Notes: generated from the sequence alone by a model not told the origin. A DNA stretch of 64,000 nt from Myxococcota bacterium (GCA_036149055.1 JAYZQJ010000149.1:1-64000), one strand, 5' to 3'. Shown: positions 28,835-41,243, numbered from the stretch's first letter. A program made the numbers and translations.

Positions 28835-30586
28835 TCACCCGGCGCGGACGAGGCGGCCCGGGCGGGCGCCGGTGAGGCGGCCGTGCTCGGCGATGATCTC
28901 GCCGGCGACGAGGGTGGCGATGTAGCCGTCGGCGCGCTGCATGAGGCGACGGCCGCCTGCGGGGAGGTCCTGTTGGAGCTCGGGGCGGCGCAGCTTCAGG
29001 CGCTCCATGTCGATGAGGTTCAGGTCCGCGCGCTGGCCCGGGGCGATCACGCCCCGGTCGGTCAGGCCGATGTAGCGGGCGGTGTCGTGCGACTGCATCT
29101 GGATCGCGCGCTCGAGCGAGATGCGGCCGCGATCGCGATCCCGCGTCCAGTGCGTGAGCAGGAAGGTCGGGAAGCTCGCGTCGCAGATGGTGCCCACGTG
29201 CGCGCCGCCGTCGCTGAGGCCCGGGAGCGCGAGCGGGTGCGTCAGCATCTCGTGCACCGCGTCGAGGTTCATGCCCGAGTAGTTGTAGACGGGGAAGTAG
29301 AGGAGCGCCTTGCCCTCGTCCTCGAGCATCGCGTCGTAGATGACGCTCAGCACCGGGACGCCCTGCCGCATCGCCTCCGCCGCGAAGGACTCCTGCACGG
29401 TCGGCTCGTAGTTCGGCTCCTCGCCGAGGCGGAAGAGGCGCATCGCCACCATGTCGAGGTTGGCGAGGAAGAAGTCGGCGAGCGGCGGCAGCTTGCTGCC
29501 GTCGCCGGCCACCGGCTCCGACTTCTCGGTGATCATCTTCGCCTTGAGCGCCGGGTCGCGCATCGCCTTCACGATCTCCTCGTGCGGCAGGTGGCTGATC
29601 GCCTTGAAGCTCGGGAAGCCCATGAAGGGGTGGAAGGTGGCCTGCAGGCCGAGCAGCACGCCGATGCCGCGGGGCGCGACCTGGCAGCGCACGTCGTAGC
29701 CCCGCGCGACCTGCTCCTCCGCCGCCTTCAGGATGCGCTTCCACTGCTTGCTCGAGTGGTCGCGCTGCATGGTGGAGATGCTCATGGGCCGCCCGCCCGC
29801 CGCCTCGAGCATCGCGATCAACACGCCCAGCTCCCGCTCGAAGTGCTCGTCGCCGTGCATGACGTCGAAGTCGCTGACCGCCTGGAGCACGCCGTGGTCC
29901 AGGCCGACGAAGGCCTCCGCGATCCCGGCCAGCTCCTCGGCCGCCGCCTCGCTCGCCGGCGTCCAGTCGCCCTTGGCGCTCCGGTGGTTGTCGCTCCGGC
30001 CGGTGCTGAAGCCGACGGCGCCCGCCTCGAGGGCGCGCCGGAGGAGCGCGCGCATCGCGGCGATGTCTTCGGGCGTGGCCGCCTCGTCCGCGACCGCGCG
30101 GTCGCCCATCACGTAGACACGCAGAGCGTCATGCGGGACGTGGCAGAGGAAGTCGATCGCGTGCGGCATGCGATCGAGCGCGTCCATGTACTCCGGGAAG
30201 GTCTCCCAGCCCCAGGTGATGCCCTCGCTCAGCGCGCTCCCGGGGATGTCCTCGACGCCCTCCATCAGCTCGATCAGCTTCTCGTGATCGGTCGGGCGCA
30301 CCGGGGCGAAGCCGACGCCGCAGCTCCCCATGGCGGCGGTCGTGACGCCGTGGATCGACGAGGGCGCGAGCTCCTCGTCCCAGGAGATCTGCCCGTCGTA
30401 GTGGGTGTGGATGTCGACGAAGCCGGGGGCGACGATGGCCCCGGCCGCGTCGATCGTGCGGGCGGCCGGTCCGTCGGCCTCCCCCACCGCGACGATCTTG
30501 CCGCCCGTGATGCCCACGTCGCCGGTGAACCGGTCCTTGCCGGTGCCGTCGACGATGATGCCGTTCGTGATCTTCAGGTCGTACAT
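28835..30586 (-). CDS. N-acyl-D-amino-acid deacylase family amidohydrolase
   Basis: [37 protein letters not shown]. Confidence 0.9.
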   Translation of the reverse strand: MYDLKITNGIIVDGTGKDRFTGDVGITGGKIVAVGEADGPAARTIDAAGAIVAPGFVDIHTHYDGQISWDEELAPSSIHGVTTAAMGSCGVGFAPVRPTDHEKLIELMEGVEDIPGSALSEGITWGWETFPEYMDALDRMPHAIDFLCHVPHDALRVYVMGDRAVADEAATPEDIAAMRALLRRALEAGAVGFSTGRSDNHRSAKGDWTPASEAAAEELAGIAEAFVGLDHGVLQAVSDFDVMHGDEHFERELGVLIAMLEAAGGRPMSISTMQRDHSSKQWKRILKAAEEQVARGYDVRCQVAPRGIGVLLGLQATFHPFMGFPSFKAISHLPHEEIVKAMRDPALKAKMITEKSEPVAGDGSKLPPLADFFLANLDMVAMRLFRLGEEPNYEPTVQESFAAEAMRQGVPVLSVIYDAMLEDEGKALLYFPVYNYSGMNLDAVHEMLTHPLALPGLSDGGAHVGTICDASFPTFLLTHWTRDRDRGRISLERAIQMQSHDTARYIGLTDRGVIAPGQRADLNLIDMERLKLRRPELQQDLPAGGRRLMQRADGYIATLVAGEIIAEHGRLTGARPGRLVRAG

Positions 30587-30597
30587 GTTCGGTCCCC

Positions 30598-31350
30598 TCA
30601 CCGGATGAGCAGAGAGATGGCGGCTGCGATCAGCAGCGCGAAGATGGCGAGCTCGAAGCGCCGCTGGTCGACGCGGCGGTGCACCCACTCGCCGAGCGCG
30701 ATGCCGAGCGGCACCGCGGGCAGCAGCACGAGCAGGTCGACGCCGACCGACGGCGCGTAGCGGCCCTCGAGCGCGAACGCGATCAGGAGGCCGGCGTTCA
30801 GGACGAGCCAGACGGAGGAGAGCGTGCTCCGGAAGGTGTGCTTGTCGAGCTGCTCGCGGCCGAGCGCGTAGACGAGGAGCGGGCCGCCGGTGGCGAAGAT
30901 GCCGTGGATCACGCCGGCGCCGAACATCGCGGCGACGGAGGCGGCGAGCGGCATCGGGCGAGCGACGGACGCGGCGTCGCGCTTCACCCGCAGGCGCAGC
31001 CAGAGCTCCCGCGCGGCCAGGAGGAGCACCATCACCGCGAAGGCGTAGCGGAGCCCGGCGCTCTCGACGCCCGAGAACGCGAGGAAGCCGAGGCCCATGC
31101 CGGCGCCCATCAGCGGCAGGATGCGCTTCAGCAGCAGCCCCCAGGAGATGGACCCGCGGTGGCGCCAGGTGATGTAGCCGGTCTGCAGCATCGAGATCGG
31201 CACCGCGAGGGTGACGATCTCCCGGATGCCGAGCAGGTGCGCGCCGAAGGTGACGGCGAGCAGCATGCTGCCGAAGCCGGTGACCGTCTGCACGGCGTAG
31301 GACAGGAAGATGACGGCGGCGAAGCCGAGGAGCGCGGGGTCGACGGTCAC
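30598..31350 (-). CDS. TauE/SafE family membrane protein
   Basis: TGFG and GGP motifs, multiple TM segments. Confidence 0.85.
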   Translation of the reverse strand: MTVDPALLGFAAVIFLSYAVQTVTGFGSMLLAVTFGAHLLGIREIVTLAVPISMLQTGYITWRHRGSISWGLLLKRILPLMGAGMGLGFLAFSGVESAGLRYAFAVMVLLLAARELWLRLRVKRDAASVARPMPLAASVAAMFGAGVIHGIFATGGPLLVYALGREQLDKHTFRSTLSSVWLVLNAGLLIAFALEGRYAPSVGVDLLVLLPAVPLGIALGEWVHRRVDQRRFELAIFALLIAAAISLLIR

Positions 31351-32042
31351 GGCGCCTCCGGGAGCAGCGCGCGGGCGATCACGGTGCGGACCGTCTCGCG
31401 GCCGGCGGCCTCGTCGATGTCGTCGGGGAAGGGATCCCAGAAGCGATGCACCGCGAACCAGCTCGCGGTCTCGGTGACGAAGCGAGCCGCGGCGACCGGG
31501 TCGGGCACCGCGCGCAGGTGGCCCTCGGACGCCCGACGCGCGATCCAGGCGGCGAGGCGCTCGTTCAGCGCGCCCCTCGCCCGCCGATACCAGAGCTCGC
31601 CGAGCTCGGGCAGGTCGAGCGCCGAGGTGCCGATGAGCTTGATCGCGGTGCGGTTGTCGGCGAGCGCCGCGTAGACCTCGTCGACCACCGCGAGCAGCTC
31701 CGCGCCCATGTCGCGCGGGGTCGCGCGGCCCTCCGCCTCGCGCAGCGCGTCGAAGCGCGCGCTCTCGGCCAGGCGCTCCCGGACGTAGGCGATGGTCGCG
31801 CCGGCCGCCGGGGTCGGCACCGGGAGCGGCGGCTCGGGCCGGTCGCGGTCGGCGTGCCGGAGCGCCAGGTCGAAGAGCGCCTCCTTCGACTCGACGTAGA
31901 GGTAGAGCGTGCCCTTGGCGACGCCCATCGCCTTGGCGACGTCGCCGATCTGGGTGCGCCGGAAGCCGCCCGACTCGATGAACACCCGCGTCGCCGCCTC
32001 CACCAGCTGAGGGAACCGCTCCCGAGGTCTGCGCCGCGCCAT
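31347..32042 (-). CDS. TetR/AcrR family regulator
   Basis: DVAKAMGVAKGTLYLYVESKEAL HTH. Confidence 0.92.
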   Translation of the reverse strand: MARRRPRERFPQLVEAATRVFIESGGFRRTQIGDVAKAMGVAKGTLYLYVESKEALFDLALRHADRDRPEPPLPVPTPAAGATIAYVRERLAESARFDALREAEGRATPRDMGAELLAVVDEVYAALADNRTAIKLIGTSALDLPELGELWYRRARGALNERLAAWIARRASEGHLRAVPDPVAAARFVTETASWFAVHRFWDPFPDDIDEAAGRETVRTVIARALLPEAP

Positions 32043-32049
32043 GGCGACC

Positions 32050-32077
32050 TATATAACTGACCCGTTCAGTCAGTCAA
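32050..32077 (-). promoter_or_regulatory. Sigma70-like promoter with palindromic operator, upstream of the TetR gene
   Basis: TTGACT-N16-TATATA on the minus strand; ACTGA-N5-TCAGT at 32056-32070. Confidence 0.6.
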
Positions 32078-32141
32078 GCTCCACATCACTCAGGTACAGC
32101 CAGCGCACTCGCGCCAGGATACCGGAGCGGAGGGGCGCCCG

Positions 32142-32786
32142 TCAGCCGAGGCGACGGAGGAGGTCGTCCGGGCGGAGGAGGCCCCACACCTCGTCGGCGA
32201 GCTTGGCGGCGACCTCGGCCCGGTCCTCCTCGGCGCGACCCCACAGCGCGGCGGCGCCGATCAGCCCCGCGGCGTGGGCGGCCTCGACGTCCATCGGGGT
32301 GTCGCCGACGTAGACGCCGGGCTCGCCGTCCGCGCCCATGCGCCGGAGCGCCTCCCGGATCCCGCCGGGGTCGGGCTTGGGGTGCGGCACGTCGTCCTCG
32401 AGCACCACGACCTCGAAGCCTTCGAGGCGGGCGTGCCGCACCGTGGCCTCGTAGGCGCGGCGGCTCTTGCCGGTGACGATGCCGGTGCGCACGCCGGCGC
32501 CGTGGAGCGCCTCGAGCATCTCGGGCACGCCGTCGAAGAAGCCGCCCAGCAGCTCCTCCGCGAGCGCGTCGTAGGCGGCGACCACCGCGTCGTGGATGCG
32601 TCCGCCGTCGCGCTCGCCGTACCAGTCGACCAGGAAGCTGCGCTCGGAGGCGGGGCGCCGCTGGAGCATCTCCTCCCAGGTGGGCGGCGCGTCGAGCACC
32701 TCGGCGAAGCCGCGGCGGTAGCTCTCCGCGTACAGGGCGCGGGTGTCGAGGAGGGTGCCGTCGAGGTCGAAGAGGACGAGCTTCAT
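32142..32786 (-). CDS. HAD family hydrolase
   Basis: LFDLDGTL, VTGK, KPDP, YVGDTPMD. Confidence 0.92.
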   Translation of the reverse strand: MKLVLFDLDGTLLDTRALYAESYRRGFAEVLDAPPTWEEMLQRRPASERSFLVDWYGERDGGRIHDAVVAAYDALAEELLGGFFDGVPEMLEALHGAGVRTGIVTGKSRRAYEATVRHARLEGFEVVVLEDDVPHPKPDPGGIREALRRMGADGEPGVYVGDTPMDVEAAHAAGLIGAAALWGRAEEDRAEVAAKLADEVWGLLRPDDLLRRLG

Positions 32787-33397
32787 GCGGCGGTGATGGC
32801 CTGGAGCTTCGCGAGGATGAGGTCGAGGGCCACCTTGTTCCGGCCGCCCTCGGGGATGATGAGGTCGGCGTAGGACTTCGAGGGCTCGACGAACTGCAGG
32901 TGCATCGGGCGCACGGTCGCGTAGTACTGCTCGCGCACCGACTCGAAGGTCCGGCCGCGCTTCTCGATGTCGCGGCGGATGCGCCGGAAGACGCGGATGT
33001 CGGAGGGCGTGTCGACGAAGAGCTTCAGGTCGAGCTGCTGCCGCAGCCGGCGCTCCACGAAGACGAGGATGCCCTCGACGACGATGACCTCGCGCGGCTC
33101 GATGCGCCGGGTCTCCTCGGCGCGGCGGTGGGTCTTGAAGTCGTAGACCGGGGTGTCGACCGCCTCGCCCTTCTTGAGCTTCTCGAGGTGAGACACCAGC
33201 AGGTCGGTCTCGAGCGACTCCGGGTGGTCGAAGTTCAGCTCGCAGCGCTGCTCGTAAGTGAGGTCGGGCCGATCACGGTAGTAGTGATCGTGCTGGATGA
33301 TGGCGACGTTCTCCGGCGCGAGCGACGCCACGATCGTCTCGGCCACCGTCGTCTTGCCCGAGCCGGTCCCGCCGGCGACTCCGACCACGTAAGCCAC
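32783..33397 (-). CDS. udk: Uridine kinase
   Basis: GVAGGTGSGKTT, HDHYY, NFDHP, VEGIL, ADLIIPEGG. Confidence 0.96.
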   Translation of the reverse strand: MAYVVGVAGGTGSGKTTVAETIVASLAPENVAIIQHDHYYRDRPDLTYEQRCELNFDHPESLETDLLVSHLEKLKKGEAVDTPVYDFKTHRRAEETRRIEPREVIVVEGILVFVERRLRQQLDLKLFVDTPSDIRVFRRIRRDIEKRGRTFESVREQYYATVRPMHLQFVEPSKSYADLIIPEGGRNKVALDLILAKLQAITAA

Positions 33398-33476
33398 GGG
33401 GGCCTCTTAGCACGCGATTCGAAAAAAATGTGATCTGGCCCGCAACCGCCCCGACGACGTACAGATAGAGTGCACC

Positions 33477-34217
33477 GTGCGAACCTCGGTCACCGCTCTG
33501 ACGCTCCTCCTGCTCGCTCCGGCGGGCGCCTCCGCCCAACGCAGCCCGCTGGGGGCGGACCGCATCTTCGACGGCGCGCCGGCGACCGGGGACTGCTGGG
33601 GCAGGCCCTGCCCCGCGCCGCGCAACGACGTCCGGTGGGGGCGGCCCCGCGCGGACGCGCTCCTGACCTGGGACCGGATCTACGTGCCCGGCTGGCGTCC
33701 GTCGGAGGTCGCCGGCGAGGCCAGCCGCCCGAGCGGGCGACGCGAGGCCCCGCGCCCCGGCGCCTTCCACCTGGTCTACCTCGGCGCGCTCGACGCCGAG
33801 GGCGACGTGCACGGCATGGGCATGCGGGCCGCGATCACGCTGCACGACGTCATCGCGCTCGAGCTGACCGCGGCCGGGCTCGGGGGCAGCCAGTCGGACG
33901 GCAGCGCGCGGCTCGAGACCCCGCTGCTCGCCGGCGTGCGTGTGCAGGTGCCGGTCCGCGTCCCCCTCGCCCGCTTCTACGGGGCCGCCGCGACCGGGTT
34001 GATGCTCCGGACCACCCCGCACCGCGCCGACCCGGACCCGGTGGCGATCTTCCCGCTCCAGATCGGCGCCGGCATGGAGGTCGGCTTCCCGATCTCGCCG
34101 CGGCTCGCCATCGGCGTGGTCTTCGACGTGCGCCTCGACGTGCGGGTGCCCATCGCGAGCCTGCCCGCCTCGGCGGGCCCGGCGTGGAGCGGGGGCCTGG
34201 CCGTCAGCTGGTATTGA
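33477..34217 (+). CDS. Secreted hypothetical protein, possible small outer-membrane beta-barrel
   Basis: Signal peptide ending ASA; amphipathic strands; aromatic C-terminus LAVSWY. Confidence 0.65.
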   Translation: MRTSVTALTLLLLAPAGASAQRSPLGADRIFDGAPATGDCWGRPCPAPRNDVRWGRPRADALLTWDRIYVPGWRPSEVAGEASRPSGRREAPRPGAFHLVYLGALDAEGDVHGMGMRAAITLHDVIALELTAAGLGGSQSDGSARLETPLLAGVRVQVPVRVPLARFYGAAATGLMLRTTPHRADPDPVAIFPLQIGAGMEVGFPISPRLAIGVVFDVRLDVRVPIASLPASAGPAWSGGLAVSWY

Positions 34218-34233
34218 GGGCACCCTCGCGGCG

Positions 34234-34935
34234 ATGGCGGACCTCGTCCTGTACCAGTTCCCCGGCGCCTACGGGATGGAGAGCCTCAGCCCGTTCTGCA
34301 CGAAGCTGGCGACCTATCTCCAGCTCGCGGGCGTGCCGCACGAGCGACGGCTGGGCGACCCGCGCGAGGCGCCGCGAGGCAAGCTCCCCTACGTGCGCTG
34401 GGACGGCGCGCTCGTCGGCGACTCGCAGCTGATCGTCGAGCGCTGCCAGGCGGAGCTCGGCGATCCTCTGGACGGCCACCTCGACGCGGAGGCGAAGGCG
34501 CTCGGGCACCTCCTCCGGCGCGCGGCCGAGGACCACCTCTACTGGGCGCTGCTCGCGGTCCGATGGGGGGACGACGAGGTGTGGCGCTCGAGCTACCGCG
34601 AGGCGATCGCCGGCGCGCTGCCGAGAGGGACCGGCTGGTTCTTGCCCGGCGTCATCCGGCGCGGCGTGGTGAAGTCCCTGCACCACCACGGCCTCGGGCG
34701 GCACGCGCGCGAGACGGTGGACGCGCAGGGCGTCGCCGACCTGGAGGCCATCGCCGGCGCGATGCGAGGCGACTTCCTGCTGGGCGACCGCCCGACGAGC
34801 TTCGACTGCTCGGTCTGGGCGATGGTCGAGCACCTCCGCGTCACCCCGGCCGAGCGCCCCCTCGTCGTGCACGCCCGCGAGCACCCCACGCTCTCCGCCT
34901 GGTCCGAGCGCATGCGAGCCGCGCTCTCCGCCTGA
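34234..34935 (+). CDS. GST-like protein (metaxin/FAX type)
   Basis: SLSPFCTKL, APRGKLPYV, GDSQLI, FLLGDRPTSFD. Confidence 0.88.
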   Translation: MADLVLYQFPGAYGMESLSPFCTKLATYLQLAGVPHERRLGDPREAPRGKLPYVRWDGALVGDSQLIVERCQAELGDPLDGHLDAEAKALGHLLRRAAEDHLYWALLAVRWGDDEVWRSSYREAIAGALPRGTGWFLPGVIRRGVVKSLHHHGLGRHARETVDAQGVADLEAIAGAMRGDFLLGDRPTSFDCSVWAMVEHLRVTPAERPLVVHAREHPTLSAWSERMRAALSA

Positions 34936-34944
34936 CCGGGGCCC

Positions 34945-36963
34945 TCACATCAGGTCGCGCTCGATCTCCTCGGTCCAGGTCCTCGCGAAGACGCGCTCGT
35001 CGCGCTCGAAGGCGTCGACGACGACGTGGAGGCGGAAGCGGCGGCGGTCGGCGGTGAGCACCGAGCGGGTCTCGACGCGGGTCTGCCACTCGCCGCGGGA
35101 GAAGCCGCGGGTCGTGCGGGTCTCCCCGCGCACGCTGCCGAAGTCGTCGGCGCGAGAGCTGTACGTCTCCAGGGTGCGCTTCTCGACCTCGAGGTCGATC
35201 TCGTCGATCGCGAAGTGGCCGTCGTGGCGCACGCACTCGAGGGTGGCGGTGTCGGCCGCGAGGTCGCGGATCACGCGCCAGTTCTCCTGGCCCGGGGTGA
35301 TGTAGCGAGGCACGTGCGGGGCGGCGCCCTCCGGCTCGGCGAAGCGGATGGCCGCGCTCCGCCCGTCGCGCGCGCGCACCGGCAGCAGCAGGGCGCACCG
35401 GCGGGGGTGCAGGGTCAGCGTGGTCGGCTCGGGCGGCGGCCAGGCGATCGGCCAGTACGAGCTCGAGATCGACACCCGCAGCCGATGGCCCCTCGCGAAG
35501 CGCTGCGCGCAGGCGTTCAGGTCCACGCGCACGTCCACGGGGGAGCCCGGCTCGAGCGGCTCGGGCGCCTCGGAGCCGTGGCGGTGCGTCAGGTTCTGCA
35601 GGCCGTAGGTCACGCGGGTCGCGCGGCCGTCGGGCAGGACCTCGCTCAGCCGGACCGCGACCTGCGCCACCGGGCGGTCGGCGGCGACCCGGAGATCGAC
35701 CCGCGGCACGCCGAGGATCTCGAGATCCTCCGGCAGCGGCTCGGACTCGAACACGAGCGCGCCCCCGTCCTCCTCGCGCTGATCGCCCGGGAGATCCGGG
35801 GTGGCCGCGTAGGAGCACCACTTGCCCGCGTACAGGCCGGTGCTCAGCGGGCTCCGGATGCTGCGCGGCGCCGCGTCGTCGTCCGGCGTCTCGTCGAGAC
35901 GCAGCCCGTGCTCGGCGAAGGCGAGCGTCCGGTACCGCACCCCGCGCGAGGGCCAGCCGTCCTCGGCCACCCAGCGCCCCGGACGCTCCTCGTAGGAGGA
36001 GAACTGCGGAGGCACCCCGTCCTGCATCCAGACGCGCAGGGTCGGGCCGTCCATCGCGCCGTTCTCCTCGCCCTTGAGCCAGTGGTCGAACCAGGCGATC
36101 GCCTCCTGCAGGAAGCCGATCGCCGGGCCCGGCCGGCCGATGTGCGGGTACATGTGGCTCCACGGGCCGATCAGCCCCTTGCGCGGCACGCGCAGGCGCT
36201 CGATGAGCCGGAGGACCGCGTTGGTGAAGCCGTCCGCCCAGCCGCTCACCGTCATGACCGGGCACTGGATCGCGGTGTAGTCCTCACACACCGACGTGGC
36301 CTCCCAGTAGGGCCCGCGGCGCTGATGCCGCAGCCACGGGAGCAGCCAGGGCTCGTGGGTCTCGAGCCGCTCGCGCCACATCGCGCGCCAGCGCTCGCCG
36401 ACGATCTCGGGGTCCGGCGGGCACGTCTGGTAGGCGAGCATCGTGGTCGCCTCGGAGAGGTTGTCCCCGAGCAGGCACCCGCCCATGTAGTGCATGTTGT
36501 CGCGGAAGGTGTCGTCGGTGGAGCAGACGGTGACGATGGCGCCGAGCGCGGGCGGCCGGCGCGCGGCGATCTGGAGCGCGTTGAAGCCGCCCCAGCTGAT
36601 CCCCATCATGCCGACCCGGCCGTCGCACCAGGGCTGACGCGCGAGCCACTGGATGATCTGCTCGCCGTCGGCCAGCTCCGCCTCGGAGTACTGGTCGTCG
36701 ATGTGTCCGCCGGAGTCGCCGCACCCGCGGATGTCGACCCGCACGTAGGCGTAGCCGTGGCCGGCGACGTAGGGGGCGTGGATGCTGTCGCGCGAGCGCG
36801 TCAGATCTCGCTTGCGGTACGGGATGTACTCGAACACCGCGGGCACGGGGTCCGTCGTCTCGGGGAGCCACACGCGCGCCGCGAGCCGGGTGCCGTCCGC
36901 GGCCGGGATCCAGACGTTCTCCAGGACGCGGACGGAGTACGGGAAGTCGCGGACGACCTTCAC
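34945..36963 (-). CDS. CocE/NonD family hydrolase (peptidase S15-like)
   Basis: EYIPYRK, VDIRGCGDSGG, GISWGGF nucleophile elbow, GWADG, GPWSH. Confidence 0.93.
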   Translation of the reverse strand: MKVVRDFPYSVRVLENVWIPAADGTRLAARVWLPETTDPVPAVFEYIPYRKRDLTRSRDSIHAPYVAGHGYAYVRVDIRGCGDSGGHIDDQYSEAELADGEQIIQWLARQPWCDGRVGMMGISWGGFNALQIAARRPPALGAIVTVCSTDDTFRDNMHYMGGCLLGDNLSEATTMLAYQTCPPDPEIVGERWRAMWRERLETHEPWLLPWLRHQRRGPYWEATSVCEDYTAIQCPVMTVSGWADGFTNAVLRLIERLRVPRKGLIGPWSHMYPHIGRPGPAIGFLQEAIAWFDHWLKGEENGAMDGPTLRVWMQDGVPPQFSSYEERPGRWVAEDGWPSRGVRYRTLAFAEHGLRLDETPDDDAAPRSIRSPLSTGLYAGKWCSYAATPDLPGDQREEDGGALVFESEPLPEDLEILGVPRVDLRVAADRPVAQVAVRLSEVLPDGRATRVTYGLQNLTHRHGSEAPEPLEPGSPVDVRVDLNACAQRFARGHRLRVSISSSYWPIAWPPPEPTTLTLHPRRCALLLPVRARDGRSAAIRFAEPEGAAPHVPRYITPGQENWRVIRDLAADTATLECVRHDGHFAIDEIDLEVEKRTLETYSSRADDFGSVRGETRTTRGFSRGEWQTRVETRSVLTADRRRFRLHVVVDAFERDERVFARTWTEEIERDLM

Positions 36964-38252
36964 GCCGCCTCCCGGTGCTCCACCTCGAGCGGCAGCGCGT
37001 CGAGCAGCGCGCGGTAGCGGGTCAGGAGCTCCTCGCGCGAGTCGGCGCCCATGTAGACCGACGCGAGCACGTAGCTGTAGGCGTCCTGGTCGAGCAGGTC
37101 GCTCAGCCGGTCGCCTTCGCTCGGGGTCACCTCGATGAACGCGCCGAAGCGCCGCTCGAGCGCGGCGAGCTCCTCGTCGGTCGGCACCCGCCGCACGACC
37201 CCATCGCGCCGCACCCGGTGGAGCAGCTTCGCGGCCATCGCGTGCTCGCCCGCGCCCGGCTCGAAGCTCGGGGGCGCGCCGAGGGCGACGTCGATGGCGA
37301 CCTCGTGAATGGACTGCCCGTCGACGAGCATCGCGAGCGGGGCGTGAGACTGGGAGATGCGCGGGTTGATCTCGATCAGCCGCAGCGCGTCGGTCTCGCG
37401 GTCCCAGAAGTACTCGGCGTTGAAGCAGCCGTCGTCGTAGCCGACCTCCTTCAGCACCGCGGCGGTCATCTCCTCCATGCGCCGATGGATCCGCGCCGGC
37501 TGGCTCGACGGCCACTCGAAGCGGGTGAAGACCTCGTCCTCGCGGATCATGTCCATCGTCGCGTGGAAGGTGACCTCACCCCGGAAGACGCGGCCCTCGT
37601 GCGCGATCTCGAAGCCGCCGAGGTACTCCTCCGCCAGGCAGTACTGTCCGCCGATCGCGCGGAGCTCCTCGCTGACGCCCGCCTCCTTCACCAGCTCGTC
37701 GTAGGGGCGCGCGATGCGCGGGATCGCCGCCCGGATCTCGGTCAGCGCGCGCTCGAAGCCCGCGCGATCCTCGACCCGGAAGCCGAGCTGGGAGCTGAAG
37801 GCCTTCACCGGCTTGAGCCAGAAGGGGTACGGCAGCGGCGTGCCCTCGATCGCGCGGGGATCGAAGGGGTCGACCAGCGCGAAGCGGGGCGTCTCGTCAC
37901 CGAGCGCCCGCCGCTGGGCGACGCGGCTCCAGTACTTGTGCCCGCACTGCACGACCGCGTCCACGCTCGGCGCGCGGCAGCCCCGCTCGTGCGAGAGCAT
38001 CGGCGCCAGGAGCGTGGTGGGGAAGTCCCAGTGGGCGATGATCGCGTCCACGCTCCCGCCGAACGCGTCGAGCTGCGCGCGCGCCTTGTCGACCACGTGC
38101 CGCAGCCGCAGCTCCTCGACGTGCACGACGTCGGCGACGTCGAGCAGCGGGATGAGGTGAAATCGATCTCCCACCCCGCGCACGGTCTTCAGCTCCTCGA
38201 AGTGCAGCTTGGTGGGGGCGATGACGAATACGTTCTTCGGTTCCTCGGTCAA
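36960..38252 (-). CDS. ATP-grasp domain protein
   Basis: HWDFP, HKYWSR, FWLKPVKAFSS, IEINPRISQSH; TTG start with SD GGAGG. Confidence 0.88.
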   Translation of the reverse strand: MTEEPKNVFVIAPTKLHFEELKTVRGVGDRFHLIPLLDVADVVHVEELRLRHVVDKARAQLDAFGGSVDAIIAHWDFPTTLLAPMLSHERGCRAPSVDAVVQCGHKYWSRVAQRRALGDETPRFALVDPFDPRAIEGTPLPYPFWLKPVKAFSSQLGFRVEDRAGFERALTEIRAAIPRIARPYDELVKEAGVSEELRAIGGQYCLAEEYLGGFEIAHEGRVFRGEVTFHATMDMIREDEVFTRFEWPSSQPARIHRRMEEMTAAVLKEVGYDDGCFNAEYFWDRETDALRLIEINPRISQSHAPLAMLVDGQSIHEVAIDVALGAPPSFEPGAGEHAMAAKLLHRVRRDGVVRRVPTDEELAALERRFGAFIEVTPSEGDRLSDLLDQDAYSYVLASVYMGADSREELLTRYRALLDALPLEVEHREAA

Positions 38253-38412
38253 TCTCGTTCCTCCCGTCATCGGGAGGGGCAAAGACCGATCCGTCGCCTC
38301 CACCGCGCGGCCACGGAGCGGCGAGCGCGGGGCGAAGGCGAGTCATCAGCGCCCGGCCGGGCGTTCTGCCACGAGACAGGTCGGCGGCCCGCCGGAGGTC
38401 ACGATGTGGCGG

Positions 38413-39612
38413 TCATGTCTCTTCGACGAGGCGGTCGATCGCGTCGTGCATGTGCAGGATGACCTGCTCGTGGGCGCCGAGACGCGGGCCCTCGAAGCCG
38501 GGGGAGCGCATGCCCCGCTGGAGCGCGATGACCTGCGCGAGGTCGTCCTCGGTGACGCGGCCGGTGCTCGGCTCGTCGGACGGACGCACGTGCGTCGAGA
38601 CCCGCGGGGTCGGGCGCGCCTCGCCCTCGCGGAGACGCACGAAGGTGAGCTGATCGAAGCTCGTGCGCTCCGGATCGCGCGGGTGCGGCCGGTGCCGGTG
38701 GAGCTGCGCGCTCGTCGGGTACACGTTGAGCGTCTGGCCGGGGAAGAGGTACCAGCTGCGCCCGAGGGTGAGCGCCTCGTCGGGCAGGGTCACGCCCTGG
38801 GCGCGCAGGCCCTCGCGGATCAGCGCGGGCGCGTTGCGCGCGTCGCCCTCGAGCCCGGCCGGGTCGGCGCCGCTCTGCTTCACCAGGTCCTCGAGCGCCT
38901 CGGTCACCTCGGTCGGCGAGACGTGAGGCCCCGGCCTCCCCACGGTGAAGGTCTGCTCGGCGTGCAGGCCGTGGAGGGTGGTCCGCACCGTGGTCTCGTC
39001 GACGCTGCCGAGCAGGTACGGGTGCACGGCAGGCACGTGGTAGGCCTCGTTGAAGAGGTCGGCGACCGTCTTCCAGTTGCAGGGCAGCTCGAAGGTCTTC
39101 TGGTCGACCAGCGCGTAGGACTCGAGGCCGTAGGGCGCGAGCGCCTCGGTCGCCGGCGCGAGCCACTCGGCGAGGGACCGGTCGGGCGCCCCGAGGTGGA
39201 CGAAGACCTGCCCCATCCAGGTGTCGCAGGGCAGCTCGGGCAGCCGGACGTCGCCTTCGGCCAGGGCGCCGAACGAGGCGCGCTCGGGGATCCGGGCGAG
39301 CCCGCCGTCGAGCCGCCACTCCCAGTGATGCAGCGGGCAGCGGAGGGTGGTGAGCGCGCCCCGCGGGGCGTCGACGAGGCGGCGGCCGCGATGCTGGCAG
39401 ACGTTGTGGAACGCGCGCAGGGCGCCGCCCGCGTCCCGGATCACCAGGACGTCGACGTCGCCGCCGAGCCGCACGGTGACGAACTGGCCGGGCCCGGAGA
39501 CGAGATCGAGCGCGGCCGCGTGCAGCCACGCCCGAGGCCAGAGCCGCGCGCGCTCGGCGGCGGCCCGGGCGGCGGACAGGTACCGATCCTTCGGGACGAG
39601 CCGGGGCTCCAC
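38413..39612 (-). CDS. Rieske aromatic-ring-hydroxylating oxygenase alpha subunit
   Basis: CQHRG...CPLHHW Rieske ligands; NWK...EAYH...VH mononuclear Fe site. Confidence 0.9.
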   Translation of the reverse strand: MEPRLVPKDRYLSAARAAAERARLWPRAWLHAAALDLVSGPGQFVTVRLGGDVDVLVIRDAGGALRAFHNVCQHRGRRLVDAPRGALTTLRCPLHHWEWRLDGGLARIPERASFGALAEGDVRLPELPCDTWMGQVFVHLGAPDRSLAEWLAPATEALAPYGLESYALVDQKTFELPCNWKTVADLFNEAYHVPAVHPYLLGSVDETTVRTTLHGLHAEQTFTVGRPGPHVSPTEVTEALEDLVKQSGADPAGLEGDARNAPALIREGLRAQGVTLPDEALTLGRSWYLFPGQTLNVYPTSAQLHRHRPHPRDPERTSFDQLTFVRLREGEARPTPRVSTHVRPSDEPSTGRVTEDDLAQVIALQRGMRSPGFEGPRLGAHEQVILHMHDAIDRLVEET

Positions 39613-39629
39613 CCGCGCGACAGTAGCAG

Positions 39630-41243
<1,614 letters not shown>

